Shown here piece after piece: positions 6,864-17,924 of a DNA stretch of 64,000 bases (position 1 is the first letter of the stretch; every line of letters begins with the position of its first letter). The position numbers and the translations under genes were made by a program. The DNA comes from a virus, in the IMG/VR virus record IMGVR_UViG_3300033518_000130. The stretch is one strand, 5' to 3'. Under the pieces are notes generated by a model. The model made no database searches, had not been told where the DNA came from, and was given only the letters and a program-made list of their open reading frames with translations.

Positions 6864-9149
6864 ATGAGGGCTTTAACATCTACTGCCTTTGAAGAGGTAG
6901 CTCTATTATCTCAAAGAGGAGAAATAGATAAATTATATAAAAATTCTAAATTAGAATTATATAACTTTCCTTTTCAAAGACATGATTTATTAATAGAAGC
7001 AGGTAAAGATGCTAGAACCATAGATGCTTATACTATGGAAGATATAGCATTTGTTAATACTACTGAATTTACTAAAACAGGTAGAGAGTTTATAAAGAAT
7101 AAAACATATACTAAATTACACCCTATATATGATAAAAGAGAGTATATAGAGTTTTGGGACAGAGAAGAAGATAGAATACGTAATGGTATGACTGCTTATG
7201 GTAAGTTATATAAAAATTCTAAAGGTATATATGAACTACAAAAAATACATATAACAGGAGAACATTACGGTTATCTTAATTATGGAATAATAAAAGCTAG
7301 TAAAGAGTTTCAAGAAAAAGAAAGTGCTGTATATTCTCCAAATGGAGAAGTATTATTTAAAAATAATAGAAGTAGAGGAGGTAGTAAAGAATTAAGATTA
7401 CCTGATTTTTGGGACGGAGATTATTATTATTTTAAAACAGTAGAATTATGTAGATTAGTAGGACAGCATTTAGTAGTAGGTAAAGCACGTAGAAAAGGAT
7501 ATAGTTATAAAAATGGGTATATAGTAGCTAATAGATTATTATTTAATAAAAATAGTACTAGTGTTGTAGGAGCTTATGATAAAGGTTCTCTTTTTGAAGA
7601 TGGGACTATGAACAAAGTACAACAATATTTAGACCATTTTGATATAACTGATTTTAAGAAACGAAGATTACACAATTTATTAGAATATTTTCATATAGGA
7701 TTTAGATATAATGATAGTCCTAGAATAGAAGGATATAATAGTAAAGCATATGGAGTAATACTTTCTAAGGATGCTGGAGGTATGCGTGGTAAAGATGCTG
7801 ATTTAGGATTATTAGAAGAAGCAGGAAAATGTGCTAACTTAAAAGAGGTTATAGAACCTACTCTTAAATCTTTTAGTGATGGTATATATACAACAGGATT
7901 ATTTATTATATTTGGTACAGGAGGAGGAGATTCTAAATATTGGCAAGGGTTTGAAGATGTGTTTTATAATACTTATCAATATCAATTTTTAACATTTTTA
8001 AATATATGGGATAAGGATTCTATTGATACAGGTTGTGGATTTTTCCACTCCTCTACTGTATCTAAACCTGGACTTATAGATATACACGGTAATTCTGATA
8101 TTAAATCTGCATACTCTGTAGAAAGAAAATCAAGAGAAGATGTAAAGAATGACCCTATTAAGCTTAATGATAGGACTATGGAAGAACCATTTAGCCCTTC
8201 AGAAGCATTTAGCAGAAGTAAAGCTAATTTACTTTGTACTAAAGAAGCAACAGAACAATTAAGAAGAGTTACTTTTGATAAATCTATAAAAAATATAACT
8301 AGAGAAGGTGTATTTATAGGAGAGTTTACTAAAACTATAAAGTTTGTCGATAGGAATATGGCAGAACTTAATTATAAAGATATAGAAATCGCTCCATTAA
8401 TTATCGATTATCCTACTAATCCTAAAACCGATATAAGAGGTTGTTGGATATTATGGGATACTTTTTATAGAGATTCTTTAGGTAATATACCTGAGGATTT
8501 ATACTGTGTCTATCACGATCCTTTTGCTATTAGTAAAGAGAAAGAATTTTATTCTATTAAGGATTCATTAGGAGGAACTTATATATATGAAAAACCTAAC
8601 TCTTATACTAAGTTAAAAGGGGATAGAATTATAGGAGAATATGTAGGTAGAACAGAAGATACTGATGAGTATAATAAACAATTATTTTTAGCAGTAATAT
8701 TTTGTAATGGGACTTTACAATATGAATCAGATAGAGGAGATGTATTTCCTTATGCTAAAAGATTTAACTTAACTCATTTACTTAAACCTAGCCCTGAATT
8801 TTTATATCAAAAAGAATTATCTAAAGGAGGTGGAGGAAGAAAATTTGGTATATCTATTGGTTCTAATATGTATCGAAAATCAGCAGGTATTCAATTTTTA
8901 AAGAACTGGTTATTAACAGAAAGAGGAACAGATGAGGTTACAGGTCAAGTAATAAGAAATATAAACTATTTTTACTCTATTGCAGGATTAAAAGAAATAA
9001 TAAGATTTGATGGTATTAAAAATGCTGATAGAGTTTCTACATTGATTGTACTGGTTTACGATGTACAAGAAATGATGACTAACCATGAACTAGAACACGA
9101 TGATAATAATTATGAAGAAGATGATTATTTTAATATTTATACTGATTAA
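6864..9149 (+). CDS. terL: terminase large subunit
   Basis: 761 aa, immediately upstream of the portal-sized gene. Deviant Walker A VVGKARRKGYS, Walker B-like DLGLLEEAG, and a nuclease-type Asp context YCVYHDPFA. Confidence 0.7.
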   Translation: MRALTSTAFEEVALLSQRGEIDKLYKNSKLELYNFPFQRHDLLIEAGKDARTIDAYTMEDIAFVNTTEFTKTGREFIKNKTYTKLHPIYDKREYIEFWDREEDRIRNGMTAYGKLYKNSKGIYELQKIHITGEHYGYLNYGIIKASKEFQEKESAVYSPNGEVLFKNNRSRGGSKELRLPDFWDGDYYYFKTVELCRLVGQHLVVGKARRKGYSYKNGYIVANRLLFNKNSTSVVGAYDKGSLFEDGTMNKVQQYLDHFDITDFKKRRLHNLLEYFHIGFRYNDSPRIEGYNSKAYGVILSKDAGGMRGKDADLGLLEEAGKCANLKEVIEPTLKSFSDGIYTTGLFIIFGTGGGDSKYWQGFEDVFYNTYQYQFLTFLNIWDKDSIDTGCGFFHSSTVSKPGLIDIHGNSDIKSAYSVERKSREDVKNDPIKLNDRTMEEPFSPSEAFSRSKANLLCTKEATEQLRRVTFDKSIKNITREGVFIGEFTKTIKFVDRNMAELNYKDIEIAPLIIDYPTNPKTDIRGCWILWDTFYRDSLGNIPEDLYCVYHDPFAISKEKEFYSIKDSLGGTYIYEKPNSYTKLKGDRIIGEYVGRTEDTDEYNKQLFLAVIFCNGTLQYESDRGDVFPYAKRFNLTHLLKPSPEFLYQKELSKGGGGRKFGISIGSNMYRKSAGIQFLKNWLLTERGTDEVTGQVIRNINYFYSIAGLKEIIRFDGIKNADRVSTLIVLVYDVQEMMTNHELEHDDNNYEEDDYFNIYTD

Positions 9150-9155
9150 TTAATA

Positions 9156-11570
9156 ATGGAAGATTTAAATTATATAAACGAAAAAAATAAACATAAAAAA
9201 GAACCTAGTACAGGAAGTTTTTTACCTAGTTTATTTTTAGATAGTAAACTTATTAAAGAAAATGATAATGCAATAATAAAACAAATAGCAGATTATTATA
9301 TAAGTAATTGTGGATATAAAGAAGAGTATGTAGAAATACAAAAACTTAGAGCTGCTGTAGAAGGAGTTATAAACGAAGGAGACTATAAACATACACTATC
9401 TCCTTTCGGCTTAAAAAATAATAGTAAACTTAAAAGTACTACAACATTAAAAAATTATAATATTTTAAAAGCTGTTACTTCTTTATTTGAAGGAGAATTT
9501 GGAAGAAGAACTCACGAATATTCTGTTATTGACGGTAATCCTGTTGATGATAGTAGATATAAAGAATCTTTATATAAGCTATACGAACAACATTATGCAC
9601 AAGAAGTTGTAAATAAACTAAATGAACAAGGATTCTCTACAGGAGAAGAAACTGTTGAACAACCTCCTTTAGAACAAAAACAAAAAGAACTTAAAAACGC
9701 TTTTGATAAAGAGAGAGTTATAAACGGTCAAGATGCTTTAGATTATATTAAATCTGAACAAAAAGTAGAAGAAAAAATAATAGAGATGTATCATGATTGG
9801 ATAACAGTAGGAAGAGGTATATCTTATAAAACTGTTAGATTTGATGATGTTGATTACGAATATGTACCTGCTGAAGAATATTTCTTTCCACATGAAACAC
9901 ATAGTCCTTATATAGAAGATTATTCTTATGGAGTAAGAAGAAAAAAAACTAATATATCAAGATTATTAGACTTATTTCATAATATATTTGGAGATGATAT
10001 AGAAATGTTAGAAGATTTAGAAGCTAATGGAAGATATAGTGTAGGTAACCATTATAATAATACCGCAAGTACTACTAATACCGCTTTTGGAAGAAATGGT
10101 TATATAAATAATACAAATTCAAGATATATAGATAGTTTAGGAGAATGTAAATCCGTATATGGAGAAGTTTTTACAAATACTGATGATATTGATTATTTCC
10201 ATGTAGTATTTAAAGGATTCTTAAAAGTAGGAGAACTTACTTATATAGATGAATTAGGTCAAGAAAGAGTAGTAGAAGTTGATGATACTTATAAATTAAA
10301 TAAAGACGCTGGAGATATAAAAATAAAATGGCATTATGAAAATAGAGTATTTGAAATTCATAAAGCAGGAGATTATTTCTTCGGATTTAGACCTATTCCT
10401 TATAATAGAGCAGAAGTAAATAATAAATCTGTTCAAAAGCTTCCTTATAATGGAAGAGTAACGAGAACGAGAATAGGACAAATAAATAGCATTATTAAAG
10501 AAGGGTATATTTATCAACTACTTGTTAATACAGTATCCTATTTAATTGAAAAAACTTTATTAAAGAATAAAAATAAGTTATTAGTACTGCCTAAAGGATT
10601 AGTAACAAGTAAAAAAGGACTCAACACAACAGATACTATGGTTCATGCAGACGAAACTTCTATACTTTGGATAGATGAATCTGCTCCTAATGCCGCTGTA
10701 GCTCTTCAAGCTATTAAATCAATAGATATGCAATTATTTAATGATATAGCAGGGTTACAAAGTTTAAGAACAGATATAATTAATCAATTTTGGTCAAGTA
10801 TAGGAATGAATGCTCAAAGATTTAATGATATAGATACTAGAGCAGGTAAATCAACCACTGAACAAGCTATACTTCGTAGTGCTATTATTACAGCAGAATC
10901 TGTTAGACAGTTTGATAAATTTATTCAAACTGAATACGAAGGATTTTTAGATTTAAGTAAAATGGCTTGGGTTGATGGTATTAAGAAAAAATATATTAAA
11001 TCTGATGGAGCAGAAGCGATGATAGAATTAAACGCAGATGATTATATTAAACATTTAGAAAGTGATTATAATGTATTTGTTAAAGATTCTCAAGAACTTA
11101 CTGAAAATATGAATACTTTAAAACAACTAGTATTACCTATGTTACAAAATAATGGAGGTTTAAAATCAGTAGGAACAGTATTAAGTCTTAATAGCCCTGA
11201 AAAAATAGCTAAAATATTAGCTGATTTAGAAGATAAAAATCAAGATCTAGAACAACAAAATGCAGAATCTCAAAGACAACATGAACAAGAGATGGCTAAA
11301 ATAGAAGAAGAAGGAAAAGAAAAAGATAGAGATGTAGATAGATATAAAGCCGATTCTAATAAAGAAGCTATTATACAAGCTGCTAAAACAAGAGCTGAAT
11401 CCACTTATATTAATAAAGATATTCCTAATGCTTTAGATAAAGAGAAATTTGAACATCAAAAAGATATTGAAAATAAAGAATTAGAACATCAAATACAAGT
11501 TGAAAATAAAGAACTTGTATTAGAAGATAAAAAGATAAATGTAATGAAGTTAAAAAATAATAAAAAATAA
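9156..11570 (+). CDS. portal protein
   Basis: 804 aa, directly downstream of TerL, with a K/E-rich coiled-coil C-terminus. Assigned by size and synteny only. Confidence 0.6.
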   Translation: MEDLNYINEKNKHKKEPSTGSFLPSLFLDSKLIKENDNAIIKQIADYYISNCGYKEEYVEIQKLRAAVEGVINEGDYKHTLSPFGLKNNSKLKSTTTLKNYNILKAVTSLFEGEFGRRTHEYSVIDGNPVDDSRYKESLYKLYEQHYAQEVVNKLNEQGFSTGEETVEQPPLEQKQKELKNAFDKERVINGQDALDYIKSEQKVEEKIIEMYHDWITVGRGISYKTVRFDDVDYEYVPAEEYFFPHETHSPYIEDYSYGVRRKKTNISRLLDLFHNIFGDDIEMLEDLEANGRYSVGNHYNNTASTTNTAFGRNGYINNTNSRYIDSLGECKSVYGEVFTNTDDIDYFHVVFKGFLKVGELTYIDELGQERVVEVDDTYKLNKDAGDIKIKWHYENRVFEIHKAGDYFFGFRPIPYNRAEVNNKSVQKLPYNGRVTRTRIGQINSIIKEGYIYQLLVNTVSYLIEKTLLKNKNKLLVLPKGLVTSKKGLNTTDTMVHADETSILWIDESAPNAAVALQAIKSIDMQLFNDIAGLQSLRTDIINQFWSSIGMNAQRFNDIDTRAGKSTTEQAILRSAIITAESVRQFDKFIQTEYEGFLDLSKMAWVDGIKKKYIKSDGAEAMIELNADDYIKHLESDYNVFVKDSQELTENMNTLKQLVLPMLQNNGGLKSVGTVLSLNSPEKIAKILADLEDKNQDLEQQNAESQRQHEQEMAKIEEEGKEKDRDVDRYKADSNKEAIIQAAKTRAESTYINKDIPNALDKEKFEHQKDIENKELEHQIQVENKELVLEDKKINVMKLKNNKK
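9393..9412 (+). repeat. CTYTCGGC-motif copy 4
   Basis: acactatctcctttcggctt, in the portal gene, read as P-F-G (a different frame). Confidence 0.8.
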
Positions 11571-11588
11571 TATTAAAAACATATATTT

Positions 11589-12908
11589 ATGAATGTAGAA
11601 CCAAATAATATAGATGCAGCAGATGTATCTAATTTTTTTGCAGGAGGTAATATCGCTCCTGTTAATAAAGAGATCGAAAATATTAGTAATAATCCTATTA
11701 TTGATAATTCTATTATTGATAATTCTGATAGTAATCCACAAAGTAATAATTCTTTTAAGGAAGATGATTTAGTAAAATCGTTTACATCTTTAATACAGAA
11801 AGATGTAAATAAATTATCTACTGAAGAAAAAGAGTTTTCTACTAATCTTCTTAAAGAGATAAATGCTACATCTTATGATACAGAAGGTAATTTTATAAGA
11901 GATAATAAAGTAGTATTTACTAAACAAGATATTGAAAATTATCTTAAAACAGGAGATTTTCCTTTAGACGATAAAGGGAATATGGTTAATAGATTAGGAG
12001 AAATAGTTTTATCTAAAGAAGAATTAGATAAACAATCTTCTATTATCTATTCTAGTAGAAGTTTATTAGAAACTAAATTAGGTATTGAACTTAAAGATGA
12101 ACAAGGGAATCTTAAAGATTATTCTGACGATGAAGAAGGAATAGTGCAAATGACGGTAGATACTGCTCAACAACTAACTATTCAAAGTATAGATGCTTTT
12201 TTTAATGATAATCCACAAGTAAAATCTTATTATTTACATCTTGCATCAGGAGGTAATCCTGATAATTTTAGTGTTAAAGAAGAAGATTATTCTAAAGTAA
12301 ATTTAGAAAGTCTATCTAAAGAACAAAAAATAGGATATATAAGAAAATATCTTACAGAGGCTAAAGTACCTAACCCTGAATCTTTATTAGGATTAATAGA
12401 TAAAGCAGGAGATGAAGTTATTAATACTCAAACTGCTGAATCTTTATTAAATTTAATAACTTTAAATAAAGATAAAGTAGCAGAACAACAAAAACAAATA
12501 CAATTACAAAAACAAAAAGAACAAGAAGAAATAAAGAATTACTGGAATACAGTAAAGAAAACAGTTAGTGCTGGTAAATTAGGAAGTTTAACTCTCCCTA
12601 AAGATAGAATTAATGACTTTTTTAATTATCTTTCTACACCTGTAGATAAAACAGGAAAAAGTAAAGATATGATAATGCAAGAACAAGAACCTTTAGAAAA
12701 TTCTTTAATGATATCTTATCTAAGATACAATAATTGGGATTTATCTAAATTAGTTAATGTAATGGCAGAAGAGAAAAAAATTCTATCTTTTAGAGAAAGA
12801 GTAAAAAAACAAAACAATAATAGTACTAAGGGTAATCATTACAGTAATAAGAGTAATACTCCTTCAGTGGCAGAAGGTAATCAAGTAGCCAAATTTTTTA
12901 ATAATTAA
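11589..12908 (+). CDS. scaffold-like / head-associated protein
   Basis: 439 aa between the portal and the capsid-sized gene. Coiled-coil segment QQKQIQLQKQKEQEE. Assigned by position. Confidence 0.4.
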   Translation: MNVEPNNIDAADVSNFFAGGNIAPVNKEIENISNNPIIDNSIIDNSDSNPQSNNSFKEDDLVKSFTSLIQKDVNKLSTEEKEFSTNLLKEINATSYDTEGNFIRDNKVVFTKQDIENYLKTGDFPLDDKGNMVNRLGEIVLSKEELDKQSSIIYSSRSLLETKLGIELKDEQGNLKDYSDDEEGIVQMTVDTAQQLTIQSIDAFFNDNPQVKSYYLHLASGGNPDNFSVKEEDYSKVNLESLSKEQKIGYIRKYLTEAKVPNPESLLGLIDKAGDEVINTQTAESLLNLITLNKDKVAEQQKQIQLQKQKEQEEIKNYWNTVKKTVSAGKLGSLTLPKDRINDFFNYLSTPVDKTGKSKDMIMQEQEPLENSLMISYLRYNNWDLSKLVNVMAEEKKILSFRERVKKQNNNSTKGNHYSNKSNTPSVAEGNQVAKFFNN

Positions 12909-12928
12909 TTAATTAAATTTTTACAAAA

Positions 12929-14494
12929 ATGATACAACAAGAAAACGGGTATGGTGGAATACCTAATACTAGAATAGTTAGTATGGATAAAATAATGAAT
13001 CAATCAGGAGTAGCTACTATACATAGCTTATCTGAAGCTCGTTTAACTAATCCTGATACTATTAATATGGCAATTACTCATTTAATGGGTAGAGAGTCTA
13101 GTAGATTTCCATTACAGTTTATGACTGAAGGTCAATATAAAGGTAGTTCTGCTACAAGTGGTGTAGGTATTAATGGAATAGAATTTAAATGGAGAGTAAT
13201 GGGAGAAATCAAAAGATACTCTGAAGTTGCTAATCATAATTATCCTGCTGATTCTAAATTAGGATTTGGAGGATTACCATTTAAAATAACTTTTAAAGAT
13301 AAATTATTTAGCAGACAACAAAATGTTCTTTCTAAAAATGGTTATCAAGCTAGAGTAGAAGGAGAGCCAGTATCCAGTAATAATGGTTTTGAATATACTT
13401 TTACGGCTCATAGAACATCTGATAAAGATTTTATTCCTGTAGAAGAATTTGCACCTAATTCTAAATGGGGTAATCATGGAGGAGCTAATGTATCTGAATC
13501 TCATTCATTTGGTAATAGTTCTACTAGTCAAGCTCCAGGAGAGATTAAAAATCAATTAGGAATATTTAGAAGAAGTTATCATTTAGCTGGTAATATTAGT
13601 AATCAAGCTATGTGTTTTAAATTACCTAATGCTACAGGTGGAATGACTGAATACTTTTTAGAATATGACGAGTGGTTACAAGAAATGAAACTTAAAGAAG
13701 AGATAGAAGAAGCTCTTTGGGAATCTCGATATAATAGAGATATTAATGGTAGATGTTTATTAACTGATTCTGATACAGGAGAAGAAATTCCTACTGGTGC
13801 AGGATTAAGAGAACAAATACCTAATATAGAAACTTATGGAGAATTAGATGAAAGAAGATTACATAGTATCTTTAATAATTTATTTTATAGAGCTACAGAC
13901 CAACAAAATGTACAAGTAGTTTTATATGCTGGACAGGCTTTTATAGAAGTATTTAATAGAATAATGGTTAAGAGTATGTCAGGGTGGAATGTATTTGACG
14001 GTGCTTTAAACAGGACTATTACAGGTTCAGATCCTATGAATCTTAACTACGGGTTTAACTTTAGTGGATATAGACATCAAGCAGGTCATACAATAACTGT
14101 TAAACACGCTCCTTTCTTAGATAATGGTACTAGAGCTCAAATAGCCGATATACACCCTGAAACAGGATATCCAATGACCTCTTATGAAGCATATTTTATT
14201 GACCATTCTACTTATGATGGTGTAAGAAATGTTCAATTTGTTCATCAAAAAGGTAGAGCTTTATTACGTGGTATTGAACAAGGTATGACTGTTTTTGATA
14301 AAGCTTATGGAGTTAAAGGAGTAGGTAATTATGGTAATACTACAGTAAGTCATTCTGATTTATTTGCTAGTAAATCTAATACCATTAATTTAGCAACTTC
14401 ACAGGATAAAACTTCAATACACTATCTTCGTACAGGAGGTATTACAATGAATAGACCTAATACAAGTTTATTCTTTAAAGCAGAATTAAACTAA
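12929..14494 (+). CDS. major capsid protein (putative)
   Basis: 521 aa, in the order TerL-portal-scaffold-like-this gene. It is followed by the strongest rho-independent terminator of the block. No sequence motif could be verified by eye. Confidence 0.55.
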   Translation: MIQQENGYGGIPNTRIVSMDKIMNQSGVATIHSLSEARLTNPDTINMAITHLMGRESSRFPLQFMTEGQYKGSSATSGVGINGIEFKWRVMGEIKRYSEVANHNYPADSKLGFGGLPFKITFKDKLFSRQQNVLSKNGYQARVEGEPVSSNNGFEYTFTAHRTSDKDFIPVEEFAPNSKWGNHGGANVSESHSFGNSSTSQAPGEIKNQLGIFRRSYHLAGNISNQAMCFKLPNATGGMTEYFLEYDEWLQEMKLKEEIEEALWESRYNRDINGRCLLTDSDTGEEIPTGAGLREQIPNIETYGELDERRLHSIFNNLFYRATDQQNVQVVLYAGQAFIEVFNRIMVKSMSGWNVFDGALNRTITGSDPMNLNYGFNFSGYRHQAGHTITVKHAPFLDNGTRAQIADIHPETGYPMTSYEAYFIDHSTYDGVRNVQFVHQKGRALLRGIEQGMTVFDKAYGVKGVGNYGNTTVSHSDLFASKSNTINLATSQDKTSIHYLRTGGITMNRPNTSLFFKAELN

Positions 14495-14528
14495 TAATAC
14501 TAATTCTACTACTTTATATATTATTTTT

Positions 14529-14564
14529 AATAGGTATTAATTTATATATTAATACCTATTTTTT
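14529..14564 (+). terminator. rho-independent terminator
   Basis: Perfect 13-bp stem aataggtattaat / attaatacctatt, 6-nt loop, then a T-run. It lies 35 nt after the capsid-gene stop. Confidence 0.8.
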
Positions 14565-14633
14565 ATGTAAAAAATATAAATAAAATATAAAATACAAAAT
14601 TTAAAATTAATTATAAATATAAAAATTAAAATT

Positions 14634-15752
14634 ATGAGTGATTTATCAAATCAATCTACAGTTAATACCGCTGTAGCCAATCCATTATCTAAAGAAGGAA
14701 TGTTAGCACGTAATCCTAATGCTTCAACTGAAGATAAAAATAAAAAAGCTATTATTCCTTATTCATTAAATTTTAGATTAATTCAGAAAGAAGATAATGG
14801 AATTACTAGTTCTATTATCCCTAGAAGGTTTCCTCTTACATCTAGTTTAGATATTTTAACAGGTAAAAATTTAAAAGGTATATCAGGAGAACTAGAGCGA
14901 TTAATAATGCCTGAAGTAATAGGAGTTTCATTAAACGATAATACTTTTCAAAAAGCAGTAGAAGATTATTGGGGAAGATTTAGAGTAGAAGTTCCTAATT
15001 ATAATACTAAAATACCTGAACAAGAACAAGGAATTGAAATAGCTGTAAATTTATTAATATCAGACCAATATAAAAATAAAATAGAATCTATAATAACAGT
15101 AAAAGATAAAATTTTATTATTACAAAAAGGGATATTAGAAAATCAAGTTAGACTTATAGGTATTAAAGATACTAGTAATTTCTTAATCCTTTCTTATTGT
15201 TGTGTAAGAAGAAGAGTAGCTACGGAATACAAAGATAGATATAAATCTAATAATATTTCTTTTTATATCTATGATAGAGAATTAGCAAGAAAAGCTGAAA
15301 AAGAAGAAATTGATAGAAGAACAAAAGCTATTATCTTATTATCTTCTTTATCTGATGGAACAGTGAAAGAGAATAAAACTAAATTAAATGAAGTTTATTA
15401 TTTATTTAAATTACCTCTAATAGATAATTTAAACCATACTGATAAATGGATTAAGTTAAATACTTATATTACTGAACAAGTATTTAATGATGATAGACTT
15501 AATAAGTTTATTGAATATATGAATAGTGTAGATTTAGATTATCATTATTTAATAGCTAGAGCTTTAGCTGAAAACAAAATAACTAATATAATTAATACTA
15601 CTATATATTTATTTGATGGTGTTATGATTGCAGAATCTTTACCTGATTTAATAGGTTTATTAAAATCTCCTAATGGAGAGAGTACACTTAACATATTAAA
15701 ATCTCAATTAGATATTGATATTAATTTTAAAAAAGAAGTTAAAAAAGAATAA
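14634..15752 (+). CDS. virion structural protein (head/neck module), function unknown
   Basis: 372-aa ORF in the structural block downstream of the capsid gene. Confidence 0.5.
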   Translation: MSDLSNQSTVNTAVANPLSKEGMLARNPNASTEDKNKKAIIPYSLNFRLIQKEDNGITSSIIPRRFPLTSSLDILTGKNLKGISGELERLIMPEVIGVSLNDNTFQKAVEDYWGRFRVEVPNYNTKIPEQEQGIEIAVNLLISDQYKNKIESIITVKDKILLLQKGILENQVRLIGIKDTSNFLILSYCCVRRRVATEYKDRYKSNNISFYIYDRELARKAEKEEIDRRTKAIILLSSLSDGTVKENKTKLNEVYYLFKLPLIDNLNHTDKWIKLNTYITEQVFNDDRLNKFIEYMNSVDLDYHYLIARALAENKITNIINTTIYLFDGVMIAESLPDLIGLLKSPNGESTLNILKSQLDIDINFKKEVKKE

Positions 15753-15762
15753 ATAACTACTT

Positions 15763-16806
15763 ATGACAGCGTCTGAAATACATATTGAAATAAATATTCT
15801 TTTACAGAAAATAGATACACACTGGAATAAGAATTTTCTTCCTGAAGAAATAGACATTATATTTAACAATGAGGTATTAAAGTTTATTAAACAAAGATTT
15901 AAGCCTAATTCTAATAATAAAAATGAAGGTATTTATGATACTACTAAGAGAATAGATGATTTAGATGCTTTATATGAAGAATTACCTTTTAATATATTAT
16001 ATGAAGGAGAGAAAGCAATAGTTTTCTTTCCTTATAATTATTTATATTATATTAGTAGTGAAGTAAATACTTTTTGTAAATGTAAATTAGAAGATAATTC
16101 TACGATTATTAAAAGTAAAGATATTATAAAATATAAGCCGATAGGAGAGGTATCACGTGTTATCTTTGAGTATATTACTACTGTAAATAGTACTGTACTT
16201 TTTGATAGTGATAATTTACCTAATAACTTTTTAATAGCTAATGAAGATAAAGGATTTAATAATAACTTTATTTTAAATAATGTAATATTATCTACTTTAC
16301 TTAATAAAAAAATAAATATTAAGTATAATAGTTTAGAAGAAGTTTATGAAATAGAAGGATTAGAAGGAGAACTAAAAATAACAACTCAACACTTACCTCT
16401 CGGCTCAACTGTAATAACTTCTTATCAATCTACTAAAATTGATTATAATTATTATACTATGATAGATAAAGATAATATTGCTACAGTTTCTACTAGAGTT
16501 CTTAATGAAGAATTTAAAACAAGAATTAAAAAATCTTATTTAAGTGGTTCTAAAGACGAATCTGTGCTTTTATCGTTGTTTAAAAACCGTTTAGAAATTG
16601 AATTTTTATCTAATTTTATTGGTAATAATTGCATTTTAAGATACTTACGAAAACCTAAATTATTAAACGTACATTTGAATAATTCAATAGAGTTTGATAG
16701 AGAAGTTATAAAAGAAATAATATCTAATACAGTTCAAACTATAAAAGGGATAACTTCAGAAGAAGGATATGAGAAATTTAAAACAGAGAATATATTAATT
16801 GAGTAA
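15763..16806 (+). CDS. virion structural protein, function unknown
   Basis: 347-aa ORF, tightly packed in the structural block. Confidence 0.5.
   Translation: MTASEIHIEINILLQKIDTHWNKNFLPEEIDIIFNNEVLKFIKQRFKPNSNNKNEGIYDTTKRIDDLDALYEELPFNILYEGEKAIVFFPYNYLYYISSEVNTFCKCKLEDNSTIIKSKDIIKYKPIGEVSRVIFEYITTVNSTVLFDSDNLPNNFLIANEDKGFNNNFILNNVILSTLLNKKINIKYNSLEEVYEIEGLEGELKITTQHLPLGSTVITSYQSTKIDYNYYTMIDKDNIATVSTRVLNEEFKTRIKKSYLSGSKDESVLLSLFKNRLEIEFLSNFIGNNCILRYLRKPKLLNVHLNNSIEFDREVIKEIISNTVQTIKGITSEEGYEKFKTENILIE
16137..16153 (-). repeat. CTYTCGGC-motif copy 5 (variant CTATCGGC)
   Basis: Plus strand gccgataggagaggtat, reverse complement atacctctcctatcggc. Confidence 0.65.
16390..16406 (+). repeat. CTYTCGGC-motif copy 6
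   Basis: cacttacctctcggctc. The 18-mer ctcggctcaactgtaata (16399-16416) is identical to 39469-39486. Confidence 0.85.
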
Positions 16807-16817
16807 AATAAAATAAA

Positions 16818-17843
16818 ATGAAGAGTATAATTATAGTAAAAAAAGGGATAAGCCTTTCATCAGGAGATAACATAATAGGAGGGAATATAAACTTAATACC
16901 TGTAAGTGCATTTGCTGCTTATGGAGATGGAGCAAAGTTAATTACTCCTACTGATACTACATCAGTAAACGATATAGAGATTATTAGTTTTTTACAAAAA
17001 GTAGGAACTACTTCTAAAGATATAGATAAAACAGTATCTATACATACTATCCCTTTAATTAGAAGAAGAGATGTTTACGATGTAGATTATGTGCCTTATA
17101 AAGCAGGACAAAAACAAGAAAAAACTATAGGAAGTGCTACAGTTTTAGAGAAAGCTCTTAGATTTGAAAATGAAGGAACTGTATCTATGTCTATTGGAGT
17201 ACGTTCTGCTTGGGGATTTAATTATACTTATTTCCATACTATTTCTAATACTAAAAAAGCTTACGAAACACCTGAAGAGTTTGTAAATAAAGTAATTCTA
17301 TCTTTAAATGATGTTAATAAAGGTTTAGGTAATATTAATAAAACTAAATTCTTTAACGCCATTAAAGTAGGAAGTGGTACTACTTTAGGAATTAAATTAT
17401 CCGCATTAAGTGAACAATTTGATTTAGAAATATCTGTATCAGGTATGTGGGCAGGTAGTTATATAGAAACTACTACTCCTGCTAAAATAGGAAATGGAGA
17501 AGGTAGAGATGTGTTAAGACTTGAACAAGATTGTTCAGTTTATAAAGGCAATGGTAATTATGAATATAGAAGAGAAGATTTTTACAGCCAACCATTCTTA
17601 ACTGATAGCGAAGAAAAATATGATATGTTTCATATAAGATGGGTAGGTAAAGTAAGATACCCTAGTACTACAGTACAAAGTACTCCACAAGAATTATATA
17701 TAGCTGTTCCTATTGGAGAATCTATTACAAGTGATATAAAAACTTTATTATCATTATGTTTTAGTAAAGCTTTTGATAATATTCAAGGAACTATAAATGT
17801 ATTTGAATCCGACCCAATAACACCAACATTAGATTTGACATAA
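16818..17843 (+). CDS. virion structural protein, function unknown (probably abundant)
   Basis: 341-aa ORF followed by a strong terminator. Confidence 0.5.
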   Translation: MKSIIIVKKGISLSSGDNIIGGNINLIPVSAFAAYGDGAKLITPTDTTSVNDIEIISFLQKVGTTSKDIDKTVSIHTIPLIRRRDVYDVDYVPYKAGQKQEKTIGSATVLEKALRFENEGTVSMSIGVRSAWGFNYTYFHTISNTKKAYETPEEFVNKVILSLNDVNKGLGNINKTKFFNAIKVGSGTTLGIKLSALSEQFDLEISVSGMWAGSYIETTTPAKIGNGEGRDVLRLEQDCSVYKGNGNYEYRREDFYSQPFLTDSEEKYDMFHIRWVGKVRYPSTTVQSTPQELYIAVPIGESITSDIKTLLSLCFSKAFDNIQGTINVFESDPITPTLDLT

Positions 17844-17864
17844 TTTTTTTAATTGTTTTTAATT

Positions 17865-17897
17865 AGAGTAATAAAGAAATTTATTACTCTTTTTTTT
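17865..17897 (+). terminator. rho-independent terminator
   Basis: 11-bp stem agagtaataaa / tttattactct with a gaaa loop, then a 7-T run. Confidence 0.8.
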
Positions 17898-17924
17898 AAT
17901 TAACTTTTTAAAATAACAATAAAA